Assembly (NCBI GenBank): GCA_046331505.1
Contig: JAXLQT010000008.1
Span: forward strand, 11,567-75,566
Length of the DNA: 64,000 nucleotides
From: Acidobacteriota bacterium
GTDB taxonomy: Bacteria; Acidobacteriota; Vicinamibacteria; JAXLQT01
Direction: 5' to 3'
This document shows positions 1-8,166 of the stretch, one piece after another. The notes beneath the pieces are model-generated. The model had not been told where the DNA came from. It saw nothing but the letters and a program-made list of their open reading frames with translations, and ran no database searches. The translations under genes were made by a program, and so were the position numbers. Position 1 is the first letter of the stretch. The number at the start of each line of letters is the position of its first letter.

Positions 1-790
1 TCTGTTGCGGGCCAAGGCCGAGGGCGCCGACGTCCGCGTCGTCTACTCGCCGCTCGACGCCGTCGCGATCGCGCGCCGGAGCCCCGAGCGTGAGGTGGTG
101 TTCTTCGCGATCGGCTTCGAGACGACGGCCCCCGCGACCGCGATGGCGGTGCTCGCGGCGCACCGGTCCGGCATCCGCAACTTCTCGATACTGGCGGCGC
201 ACGTGCTTGTGCCGCCCGCGCTGGCCGCGATCCTCCAGGCGCCAGGGTGCCGCATCCAGGGCTTCCTCGGCCCCGGCCACGTGTGCACGGTGACCGGAGC
301 GAAGGCCTACGAGGCCATCGCGCGGCGCTTCGGCGTCCCGATCGTGATCGCGGGGTTCGAGCCGGTCGATCTCCTCCAGGGCATCCTCCGGCTGGTGGAG
401 CTCCTCGAGGAGGGTTCGGCGCGCGTCGAGAACGCCTACGCGCGGGTCGTCGCGCCCACGGGGAACCCGGCGGCGCGGTCGGTGGTGGACGAGGTCTACG
501 AGGCCTGCGATCGTCCGTGGCGCGGCATGGGGCTCCTCCAGAAGAGCGGGCTGCGGCTGCGCTACGAGCTGCGGGAGCACGACGCGAGCGCCCGCTTCGA
601 CGTGGCGCCCGGCGAGGCGCATGAGTCGCCGCTCTGCATCAGCGGGCAGATCCTGCGCGGGCTCAAGAAGCCTCCGGAGTGCCCGGCGTTCGGCGGTGCG
701 TGTACTCCCGAGACTCCGCTGGGCGCGACGATGGTCTCGAGCGAGGGCGCGTGCGCGGCCTACCACGCCTTCCGCGGGAGCTCCCGGTGA
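1..790 (+). CDS. hypD: Hydrogenase maturation factor HypD, C-terminal part. The 5' end lies outside the window.
   Basis: Track ORF 5..790. Translation has Fe-S/HypD-type Cys motifs (GFETTAP, CPAFGGAC, the CAAYH tail). Stop at 788-790. Confidence 0.85.
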   Translation, partial: LLRAKAEGADVRVVYSPLDAVAIARRSPEREVVFFAIGFETTAPATAMAVLAAHRSGIRNFSILAAHVLVPPALAAILQAPGCRIQGFLGPGHVCTVTGAKAYEAIARRFGVPIVIAGFEPVDLLQGILRLVELLEEGSARVENAYARVVAPTGNPAARSVVDEVYEACDRPWRGMGLLQKSGLRLRYELREHDASARFDVAPGEAHESPLCISGQILRGLKKPPECPAFGGACTPETPLGATMVSSEGACAAYHAFRGSSR

Positions 791-1383
791 ACGACGCGCT
801 CGTGGCGTCGGTCCTCCGGAAGTCGCGCGAGAGCGCGGAGACGACGGCGCGCTTCTTCGAGGAGAACGGCGCGGCCATCGTCGCGTGCGCCGGCGCGCTC
901 CGCGAGGTCTTCGATCGGGGCGGGCGGCTGCTCGTGGCGGGCAACGGCGGAAGCTCGTGCGATGCGCAGCACCTCGCGCTCGAGCACCTGCATCCCGTCA
1001 TCGCCAAGCGCCCCGCCCTTCCCGCGATCGCCCTGGGCCAGTCCGCGCCGTTCCTGAGCGCGGTCGCCAACGATCGAGACGCCTCGCTCGCGCTCGGAGA
1101 GGAGGTGCGGCTCCTGGCGCGTCCGGGCGATGCGCTCGTCGCCATCTCCACGAGCGGCGCATCCAGCAACGTCGTCCGCGCGCTCGAGATCGCGCGATCC
1201 CTCGGGCTCCTCCGCGTGGGGCTCACGGGCAAGGATGGGGGGAGGCTCGTCGAGCTCTGTGACCACATCTTCGTCGTCGGGAGCTACGGCATCCACAGGA
1301 TCCAGGAGACGCACGCGGTCCTCATCCACGTGCTGTGGGACCTCGTCCACGTGATGCGTGGAGAAGACGACGTGACGGGATGA
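787..1383 (+). CDS. SIS-domain protein (phosphoheptose isomerase GmhA/DiaA-like) embedded in the hyp operon.
   Basis: GTG at 787 overlaps the hypD stop (GTGA). Translation VNDALVAS...LLVAGNGGSSCDAQHLALE...ISTSGASSNV is a typical SIS fold. Its stop overlaps the hypE ATG (ATGA at 1380-1383). Confidence 0.7.
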   Translation: MNDALVASVLRKSRESAETTARFFEENGAAIVACAGALREVFDRGGRLLVAGNGGSSCDAQHLALEHLHPVIAKRPALPAIALGQSAPFLSAVANDRDASLALGEEVRLLARPGDALVAISTSGASSNVVRALEIARSLGLLRVGLTGKDGGRLVELCDHIFVVGSYGIHRIQETHAVLIHVLWDLVHVMRGEDDVTG

Positions 1384-2432
1384 CGACCGACCTCTCTTGC
1401 CCCGTACCGTCCGGAGCCTACGAGCGCGTCGTCCTCGGCCACGGGAGCGGCGGCCGGCTATCGCAGGAGCTCCTGGCACGGCTCTTCCTGCCCCACCTGG
1501 GCAACGAGACGCTCTCCTCGCTCGAGGACGCCGCGACGCTCCCCGTGGAGATCTCCGGCGGAGCGCGCCTCGCCGTGACGACGGATGGCTACGTGGTGAG
1601 GCCCGCCTTCTTCCCGGGCGGTGACATCGGCCGCCTCGCGGTGTGCGGGACGATCAACGATCTCGCGGTCAGCGGTGCGGCACCCATGTGTCTTGCGGGA
1701 GCATTCCTGCTCGAGGAAGGATTCCCGCTCGGCGACCTCGAGCGCATCGTGCGGTCGATGAGCGACACCTGCGCCTCGGTGGGCACCCCGTTCGTGGCCG
1801 GCGACACGAAGGTGCTGGATCGGAAGCGCGGCGACGAGATCTTCATCGTGACGACCGGGATCGGAATCGTCCCGGCAGGGCGGTCGCTGTCGATCCACGC
1901 GGCCCGTCCAGGCGACCGTATCGTCGTGTCCGGCACCCTCGGCGACCACGGCATCGCGGTGATGGCCGCGCGCGAAGGGCTCGAGCTCGAGACGGAGCTC
2001 GCGAGCGACTGCGCGCCGGTCCTGGACCTTGTGAAGGCGGTGCTCGCCGCGTCTCCAGGGGTGCGGTGCATGCGCGATCCGACGCGCGGAGGGCTTGCCG
2101 CGACGCTGCACGAGCTCGCAGGCGCCTCGCGCGTGGGGGTCAGGATCCAAGAGGCGGACATCCCGGTCCGTCCCGAGGTGCGCGGCGCGTGCGAGATCCT
2201 GGGGCTCGATCCGCTCTTCATCGCGAGCGAAGGGCGGATCGTCGCCGTCGTTCCGCCGGAGGATGCCGACGCGGTGGTGGCCGCTCTCCGGTGCCTTCCC
2301 AGTGGCAGCACCGCGGCGGTCGTCGGCGAGGTCGCCTCGGAGGAGCCAGGAGTGGTATCGGCGGCGTCGGCGCTCGGCGTCTGGCGCCTCGTGCCGCTTC
2401 CCGCCGGAGAGCTCCTCCCCAGGATCTGCTGA
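1380..2432 (+). CDS. hypE: Hydrogenase maturation protein HypE (AIR-synthase-related).
   Basis: MTTDLSCPVPSG...VVLGHGSGG...GDTKV... matches the HypE family along its full length. ATG at 1380. Confidence 0.9.
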   Translation: MTTDLSCPVPSGAYERVVLGHGSGGRLSQELLARLFLPHLGNETLSSLEDAATLPVEISGGARLAVTTDGYVVRPAFFPGGDIGRLAVCGTINDLAVSGAAPMCLAGAFLLEEGFPLGDLERIVRSMSDTCASVGTPFVAGDTKVLDRKRGDEIFIVTTGIGIVPAGRSLSIHAARPGDRIVVSGTLGDHGIAVMAAREGLELETELASDCAPVLDLVKAVLAASPGVRCMRDPTRGGLAATLHELAGASRVGVRIQEADIPVRPEVRGACEILGLDPLFIASEGRIVAVVPPEDADAVVAALRCLPSGSTAAVVGEVASEEPGVVSAASALGVWRLVPLPAGELLPRIC

Positions 2433-2452
2433 CGCGCCGGCCGTGCGCCAGC

Positions 2453-2908
2453 TCAGGCCTGAGGGAGTGCGGCGCGGATCAGGAGCACCGGGACCTGTGC
2501 CCCCTGGAGCACGCGCGTTGCGACACTGCCGAAGACCCAGCGAGCGACGCCCGATCGCCCGTGGGTCGCGATCACGACGAGCTTGGCGTCGGACTCGGCG
2601 GCAAAGTCCACGATCGACGTGGCCGGCTCGCCGGTGCGGCAGACGCCCTCGGCGCGCAGTCCCTGGGCGCGAAGCTCCTCCGCCTTGCGAGCGACGTACT
2701 CCTGAGCGGCCCGCGTCTCGGCCTCGAGGAGGCTCTGGTAGGTGTAGGGGTTCGGTCCGTAGGCGAGGTCGCCCGGTCCGATGATCGGCACGACGACCCT
2801 GAGGACGACGAGCCGGGAATCGAACCTGCGGGCCACCGCCGCGGCGTGGGGAATCGCGCGCTCCGACAGCTCGGACCCGTCCAGTGGGAGAAGAATCGCT
2901 TCGTACAT
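2453..2908 (-). CDS. Universal stress protein (UspA family).
   Basis: MYEAILLPLDGSELSERA...VVIATHGRSGVARWVFGSVATRVL, 151 aa, canonical Usp fold motifs. Confidence 0.85.
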   Translation of the reverse strand: MYEAILLPLDGSELSERAIPHAAAVARRFDSRLVVLRVVVPIIGPGDLAYGPNPYTYQSLLEAETRAAQEYVARKAEELRAQGLRAEGVCRTGEPATSIVDFAAESDAKLVVIATHGRSGVARWVFGSVATRVLQGAQVPVLLIRAALPQA

Positions 2909-2967
2909 GGCTCACCTCCCGGATGAGTGTCATGAGCAAGCACCGTTCCAGTGTCACGGCGGCACGG

Positions 2968-2983
2968 TGGCATCGCGGTTGCT
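2968..2983 (+). promoter_or_regulatory. Sigma-54 (-24/-12) promoter upstream of hsp20.
   Basis: TGGCAT-cgcgg-TTGCT at 2968-2983 fits the TGGCAC-N5-TTGCW consensus with exact spacing. It lies about 50 nt upstream of the Hsp20 ATG (3036). Confidence 0.6.
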
Positions 2984-3035
2984 GTCGCATCCGTGTGGAC
3001 GTGCTCTATCGCCCGCACCGAAAGGAGACACGACG

Positions 3036-3503
3036 ATGGCTTCGATGGTCCCGTGGTTCCGGAAGGAAGGCGATGCATTCTCGACCCTCCAGAAGTCGAT
3101 GAACGCGCTCTTCGAGGACTTCTTCCAGGGTGGCGCTCCGGCGGTGATGCCGGCCTTCTCGCGCTCCGGCTGGGTTCCGAGCATGGACGTGGCCGAGGAC
3201 GAGGAGTCGTTCAAGGTGACGGCGGAGCTCCCTGGCATGACCGAGAAGGACATCCAGCTGACGGTGAACGATCACGCGATGCTCCTGCGGGGGGAGAAGA
3301 AGGAGGAAAAGGAGGAGAAGAAGAAGAACTGGTACCGGATGGAGCGGACCTATGGCGCCTTCGAGCGCACGCTTCCTCTTCCGGTCGAAGTCGAGGCGGA
3401 GAAGGCAACGGCGACGTTCAAGAACGGCGTGCTCAACGTGCTGCTGCCCAAGTCGCCGAAGGCGAAGGAGCAGCACAGGAAGATCGAGATCAAGGCACAG
3501 TAG
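3036..3503 (+). CDS. Small heat-shock protein, Hsp20/alpha-crystallin family.
   Basis: MASMVPWFRKEGDAFSTLQKSMNALFEDFF...SFKVTAELPGMTEKDIQLTVNDHAMLLRGEKKEE...GAFERTLPLP...ATFKNGVLNVLLPK. RBS AAGGAGA sits upstream. Confidence 0.9.
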   Translation: MASMVPWFRKEGDAFSTLQKSMNALFEDFFQGGAPAVMPAFSRSGWVPSMDVAEDEESFKVTAELPGMTEKDIQLTVNDHAMLLRGEKKEEKEEKKKNWYRMERTYGAFERTLPLPVEVEAEKATATFKNGVLNVLLPKSPKAKEQHRKIEIKAQ

Positions 3504-3517
3504 CGCCGCGGCCTCGC

Positions 3518-3553
3518 GGGGCCCGGGCAGTGTGGAGGGCGCACCGGGCCCCA
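3518..3553 (+). terminator. GC-rich hairpin after hsp20 (possible terminator or attenuator).
   Basis: Inverted repeat GGGGCCCGG...CCGGGCCCC (9-bp stem, ~17-nt loop) starts 15 nt after the hsp20 stop. There is no U-tract. Confidence 0.3.
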
Positions 3554-3676
3554 CGCCGTCAACCTGGCGAAGATCGTGACAACGCGTCAATGCGCTCGTG
3601 GGCAGTCCGCGGGATCACGGAGCTCGTCGCCTCTTCGGCGAGTCAGGGAAAACGATCGACACACTGTGGGGTGACC

Positions 3677-3898
3677 ATGCAACAGGAACGAAGGGTCAAG
3701 AAGCCCGTGAAGGTGATCGAGCCGACCTTGCTGCGAGATGAGCTGAAGCGGCTCCCCGCTCCGGTGGACGGGCTCGCGTGGCTCATTCGCCGCCGCGCCT
3801 ACGAGCTATGGGAGGCGGCGGGGCGGCCGGACGGACGTGCAGTGGACCACTGGCTTGCCGCCGAGCAGGAGGTGGTGGCGCGGGAGATCAGACACTGA
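3677..3898 (+). CDS. Small DUF2934-like protein.
   Basis: MQQERRVKKPVKVIEPT...RAYELWEAAGRPDGRAVDHWLAAEQEV, 73 aa. The ELWE..GRP.G...DHWL.AE motif matches DUF2934. Confidence 0.55.
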   Translation: MQQERRVKKPVKVIEPTLLRDELKRLPAPVDGLAWLIRRRAYELWEAAGRPDGRAVDHWLAAEQEVVAREIRH

Positions 3899-3949
3899 CG
3901 GGCCTCGTTCTCGCCGGGCGCCGGTCGCCGGGCGGCGCCCTGCTGGCTG

Positions 3950-4483
3950 TCAGGGCGCGAGGTCTGGCCGCAGGACGAGCACCGGGACGGTGGCCCCCTG
4001 GAGGACGCGAGCCGCGACACTTCCGAAGAGCCACCTGGCGGCTCCCGTCCGACCGTGGGTCGCGATGACGATGAGACCGGCGCTCGCCTCGGCGGCACAG
4101 GCGATCACCGCCGCGGCGGGCTCGCCGAGGTGGCAGATCCCCTCGGCGCGAACGCCTCCGAGCGAGATCTCCGCCGCCCGGTCCTTCGCGTAGGTGAGGG
4201 CGTCCCGCTCCTCGTTCTCGAGCGCGCTCTGGTAGATCGGGCTGGATGCGAACGCGAGGTCGCCGGGACCTGCGAGCGGTGCCACTACGCGCAGGACGAG
4301 GAGGCGGGCACCGAACGTCCTGGCGAGCGCGGCCGCGTGCGGGATCGCCCTCTCGGAGAGCTCCGAGCCATCGAGGGGCAGCAGGATCGTCTCGTAGGCC
4401 GCATCGCGAGACGGACGAGGCGCCAGGCGCGTTCCATCGAGCCCGTTCGCCGAGCCGGGGTGAGGCGGCTTTCCTGACGTCAT
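3950..4483 (-). CDS. Universal stress protein (UspA family).
   Basis: C-terminal 150 aa are collinear with the Usp at 2453-2908 (YETILLPLDGSELSERAIPHAA...IATHGRTGAARWLFGSVAARVL). The start was chosen at the ATG at 4483 and is uncertain. Confidence 0.7.
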   Translation of the reverse strand: MTSGKPPHPGSANGLDGTRLAPRPSRDAAYETILLPLDGSELSERAIPHAAALARTFGARLLVLRVVAPLAGPGDLAFASSPIYQSALENEERDALTYAKDRAAEISLGGVRAEGICHLGEPAAAVIACAAEASAGLIVIATHGRTGAARWLFGSVAARVLQGATVPVLVLRPDLAP

Positions 4484-4565
4484 GGCCGTGGGGCCCGCAC
4501 GAGGTGAGATTGCCGCGGCGCGCTCTTGTCCGGGGTCGGCGCAGCTCCCATGCTCTCTCCGAGGA

Positions 4566-4580
4566 GCAAGGTGGGTGCCA
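4566..4580 (-). promoter_or_regulatory. Sigma-54 promoter on the minus strand, driving the usp gene at 3950-4483.
   Basis: The plus strand reads GCAA-ggtgg-GTGCCA, which is TGGCAC-N5-TTGC on the minus strand with perfect consensus and spacing. It is divergent from the plus-strand sigma-54 promoter at 4623. Confidence 0.6.
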
Positions 4581-4622
4581 CTGGACGCCGCGGCAACCAC
4601 TCGTCCCGCTTCCCGCTTCTCG

Positions 4623-4638
4623 TGGCACCTCGCTTGCT
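4623..4638 (+). promoter_or_regulatory. Sigma-54 promoter for the tandem-Usp gene.
   Basis: TGGCAC-ctcgc-TTGCT at 4623-4638 is a perfect -24/-12 consensus. It lies about 70 nt upstream of the ATG at 4706, which has a GAGAGGAGG RBS. Confidence 0.65.
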
Positions 4639-4705
4639 GGATCGAGAGAGCGAGCCACGGCTCCGGGGGCGCCCGGGGGCTCCGAGACCCTGAGAGGAGG
4701 ATGCC

Positions 4706-5989
4706 ATGTCCATCATCTTCGGTACGGACTTCTCGAACGAGGCCATGAAGACCGGCCACTGCGCGGCCGCGATCGCCGCGAGGCTCGGCGAGCGCATCGT
4801 CCTCGTCCACGTCGTGGATCCGATGAGGCCCGGGACAGTCGTCGAGGAGCCCGTACTGGGCCGCGCCGCGGACTGCCTGCGAAACGAGGCGGATGGCTTG
4901 CGCGCCCTCGGCGCGGAGGTGGAGGAGGACCTGCTGATCGGCGCTCCCGACGAGGCCATCCTGGAGGCGGCGCGAGCGCGGCGGGCGCGGTTCGTCATGC
5001 TGGGCGCCCTGGGGCGTCGTGCCGCCCCGCGGTGGTCGGTCGGAAGCGTCGCCGAGCGAACCGTCCAGGACTGTCCGGTCCCGGTCATCGTCGTGCGCGA
5101 CGCGATGCGAATGGTGGGATGGGCGCGCGAGCAGCGTCCCCTCAGGGTGATCGTCGGCGGCGAGCGTTCCGCGACGTTCGACGCGGCGGTCCACTTCCTG
5201 CGCGAGCTGGAGCGCGTCGGCCCGCTCGAGCCCACGGTCGCGCACGTCTTCCACCCGTCCCTCGAGGCCGATCGCCTGGGCCTCCGGGGCCATGGCGACG
5301 ACGAGAGAGTGCGCGCCGTGATCGCACGCGATCTCTCCGCGCGGCTACGGGAGATGGGGGAGTCCTTCCGGATCGTGACCCGCGCGAGCTACGAGACGAC
5401 CGGGCGGGAGCTCGTCGATCTCGCCGCGGAGGAGCGGGCCGACCTCCTCGTGGTCGGCACGCACCAGCGCCACGGTCTCGCCAAGCTCTGGTATGGCTCC
5501 GTGTCGCAGGCGGCCCTGCAGCTTGCGTCCATGTCGGTGGCCTGCGTTCCTCCGCAGTCGGACGCATCCCACGTCGAGGAGCGTCTGCCCCGCTACCGCG
5601 CGGTCCTCGCAGCGACCGATCTGTCGACACTCGGAGACCTCGCCGTGCGTCATGCCTGCACGGTGGCGGGGGCCGAGGGCGAGGTCCATGTGTGCACCGC
5701 CGTTTCCGCGGCGGACCGCCGGGACAGCGAGAAGATCGCCAAGGAGATGAAGGAACGCGTTCCACGGAGCCGGGCGGCTGGCGCGCGGACGTTCTTCCAT
5801 GTCGAGCGCGGCGACGATCCCGCACGCGCCATCTGCCAGGTGGCGGAGCGCATTGGCGCGGATCTCGTCTGCGTCGCATCCCACGGCCGTTCCGGAGTGG
5901 AGCGCGCCGTTCTGGGATCGGTGGCACAGGAGCTGCTGCGCCTGACCGAACGTCCGGTCCTGGTGGTGCGCGAGGCCACAGACGTCTGA
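4706..5989 (+). CDS. Tandem universal stress protein (three Usp-like domains).
   Basis: 427 aa. Usp motifs repeat three times (IVLVHVVD..., MLGALGRRAAPRWSVGSVAERTV; LLVVGTHQRHGLAKLWYGSVSQ; LVCVASHGRSGVERAVLGSVAQEL). Confidence 0.85.
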   Translation: MSIIFGTDFSNEAMKTGHCAAAIAARLGERIVLVHVVDPMRPGTVVEEPVLGRAADCLRNEADGLRALGAEVEEDLLIGAPDEAILEAARARRARFVMLGALGRRAAPRWSVGSVAERTVQDCPVPVIVVRDAMRMVGWAREQRPLRVIVGGERSATFDAAVHFLRELERVGPLEPTVAHVFHPSLEADRLGLRGHGDDERVRAVIARDLSARLREMGESFRIVTRASYETTGRELVDLAAEERADLLVVGTHQRHGLAKLWYGSVSQAALQLASMSVACVPPQSDASHVEERLPRYRAVLAATDLSTLGDLAVRHACTVAGAEGEVHVCTAVSAADRRDSEKIAKEMKERVPRSRAAGARTFFHVERGDDPARAICQVAERIGADLVCVASHGRSGVERAVLGSVAQELLRLTERPVLVVREATDV

Positions 5990-6078
5990 AGGGGCCTCGC
6001 ACTCCGCTCCCCGTCGCATCACGACCTTCTGGAGCGAACGAGAACGGCCGGATCGATCGGCTTTCGCGGGATCGGTGG

Positions 6079-6714
6079 TCAGCGACGCAGCGCAGGCCCC
6101 TCTCGTTCCCAGGTGGCGACCAGGCCACCGTCACTGTCCGACCAGGAGTACGTCGCGCGGCCGGCGAAGGCCTTCTCGAGCTCCCGTGCGATGCGGTGCG
6201 CGAGCTTCTGCGACGTCGTCGCCACCTCGACCCCGCCCTCGTCCCGGCGGACCTCGACGATGCGGTGCTCGGGCTGAGTGAAGGCCGCGCGGGATGCGAC
6301 GTTCGCGATGCGTCGCAGGATCTCGAGCTCGTTGCCCGGGGGCAGCGGGCCGCGTAGCACGACTCTGCCGAGAGCCAGCTTCGTTTCGAGCTGCCGGCAC
6401 GCAGGGCACAGTGCGGGCGCTGCGTGCGCGAGCCGCGAGGCATCCGCCCGTCCGCGCCTCCAGGTCTTCTTCGTGTAGACGGCGCCGCAGCCCACGCACA
6501 GCGTCGGGTCGGCGTAGGGTCCCGCCTTCCGAACGACGGTGGGGCTCCGGTCGGCCCTCGTGGCGACGCGCACGGTCGCGCGGATGGCCGCCTTCCGGGT
6601 CCTCTTCGGCAAGGACGGCTCGCACCTTCGTGCGGTCCGCCGACTTGCGGGCCGCGGTGCGGTACGGGACGACGCCGCCTTGCCCGTGCTCCTCGTCGGG
6701 ATGGTGTTGCTCAT
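6079..6714 (-). CDS. Hypothetical Zn-ribbon protein (CxxC...CxxC), possibly NMD3-like.
   Basis: Basic N-terminus, CVGCG...CPAC pair, conserved-looking C-terminal domain (LEILRRIANVASRAAF...VEVRRDEGGVEVATTSQKLAHRIARELEKAF). ATG at 6714. No family was recognised with confidence. Confidence 0.4.
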   Translation of the reverse strand: MSNTIPTRSTGKAASSRTAPRPASRRTARRCEPSLPKRTRKAAIRATVRVATRADRSPTVVRKAGPYADPTLCVGCGAVYTKKTWRRGRADASRLAHAAPALCPACRQLETKLALGRVVLRGPLPPGNELEILRRIANVASRAAFTQPEHRIVEVRRDEGGVEVATTSQKLAHRIARELEKAFAGRATYSWSDSDGGLVATWEREGPALRR

Positions 6715-6882
6715 GGCTCGCTCCTGGCGGCCGGAGAGCACACGGTAGGCGTGTCGCTTCACGTGCCTTTCTGCTCCCCGCCGGATCTCCGATCCGGAGC
6801 AATGCCTGGGCCAGGCGCCGTCGTACGCCTCCGGTCCTGCCGAGCCAAGGCGATCGACGTCCCGGGAGGTGAGGCGCGACAG

Positions 6883-7971
6883 TTGCACGCTCGAGAACGC
6901 GGGGAACGACCGCTGGTGCACGAGACGACGACCGGACCGATCGGACATGGCGCGCGCTTCTGGGAGAAGGACGAGGCGGGGCGAGTGCTCTGCACGCTCT
7001 GCCCGCGCCTGTGCCGGCCGGGTGAAGGGCAGGCGGGCTTCTGCTTCGTGCGGCAGAACCACAGGGGCGAGCTCCGGAGCATGGGATACGGGCACCTGGT
7101 GGGGATGTCCGTCGACCCCATGGAGAAGAAGCCGCTCTATCACTTCCTGCCCGGGAGCCGGATCCTCTCGTTTGGAACGGTCGGCTGCAACCTCGGGTGC
7201 AAGTTCTGCCAGAACTGGGACATCTCCAGGGCGCGGGCCGAGTCGTTCCGCACCGCCGCGCTGGCGCCCGCCGAGGTCGTGAACCTGGCGCGCCACGCGG
7301 ACTGCCCCGCCATCGCGTTCACCTACAACGACCCCGTGATCTGGGCCGAGTATGCGATGGACGTTGCGGCGCTCGCCCGCCCGTGCGGGATCGACTGCGT
7401 GGCCGTGACGGCGGGCTACGTCTCGGCGGAGGCCCGCGGCGCGTTCTTCCGCGACGTGGCCGCCGCCAACGTCGATCTGAAGGCCTTCAGCGAACGCTTC
7501 TACTCGAAGCTCTGTCTCGGCCACATCGAGCCCGTGCTCGACACGCTGCGCTACCTCGTGCGAGAGACGCGCGTCTGGGTCGAGATCACCAACCTGGTCA
7601 TCCCCGGCTGGAACGACGACTCTAGCGAGATCGCCCTCATGTGCGACTGGATCCTCCGCGAGCTCGGGCCCGGCGTGCCGCTCCACTTCACGGCGTTCCA
7701 TCCCGCCTACCGGCTCACCGACGTCCCGCCAACGTCGCTGCAGACGCTCCGCAGCGCGCGGAAGCTCGCCATGGAGATGGGACTACGGTTCGTCTACACA
7801 GGCAATGCGTGGGATCCGGAAGGCTCGGCGACCTCGTGCCCGGACTGTTCACGCGTGGTCGTCGCGCGAGACGGGATGCGAGTACGGCGGATGGACCTCG
7901 TCGGCGGATGCTGTCCGGAGTGCGGGCACCGCGTTCCGGGCAAGTGGGCGGCGGCGGCACATCCGAGCTGA
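6883..7971 (+). CDS. Radical SAM enzyme, PflA-like / AmmeMemoRadiSam-system type.
   Basis: ...ARFWEKDEAGRVLCTLCPRLCRPGEGQAGFCFVRQN...GCNLGCKFCQNWDISRA... is a CxxxCxxC cluster with the FCQNW signature, and the C-terminus is Cys-rich. TTG at 6883 is preceded by GGGAGGTGAGG. Start assignment is inference. Confidence 0.7.
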   Translation: MHARERGERPLVHETTTGPIGHGARFWEKDEAGRVLCTLCPRLCRPGEGQAGFCFVRQNHRGELRSMGYGHLVGMSVDPMEKKPLYHFLPGSRILSFGTVGCNLGCKFCQNWDISRARAESFRTAALAPAEVVNLARHADCPAIAFTYNDPVIWAEYAMDVAALARPCGIDCVAVTAGYVSAEARGAFFRDVAAANVDLKAFSERFYSKLCLGHIEPVLDTLRYLVRETRVWVEITNLVIPGWNDDSSEIALMCDWILRELGPGVPLHFTAFHPAYRLTDVPPTSLQTLRSARKLAMEMGLRFVYTGNAWDPEGSATSCPDCSRVVVARDGMRVRRMDLVGGCCPECGHRVPGKWAAAAHPS

Positions 7972-8166
7972 CCCCTCACGGGACGCGGCGCACTGTCAGT
8001 GCGGCCATGACGTGCCTTACTGTCGAAACACTCGCCATTCTGTCAGCCGCGGAACGGTCGCCATTGTTCCGCAATTGCACACCGCGGTTCGAACGTTGCG
8101 ATCGCTCCGTCGCGCGAGTCCCTGTCGGGTGGCACGAGCGATGCTGGATCCTCTTGCGGTGCAGCC

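Noticed and set aside
1458-2990. Long antisense and alternative-frame ORFs throughout. Examples: 1458-2990(-), 4246-6357(+), 5142-6443(-), 7641-9608(+), 8271-9704(-), 18931-21342(-), 35125-37710(+), 38295-39839(-), 55268-57469(+), 61545-63506(-).
   Set aside because: At 72 percent GC, stop codons are rare in all frames. These ORFs overlap genes with clear family signatures on the other strand or frame, and their products are Arg/Pro/Gly-rich low-complexity sequences.
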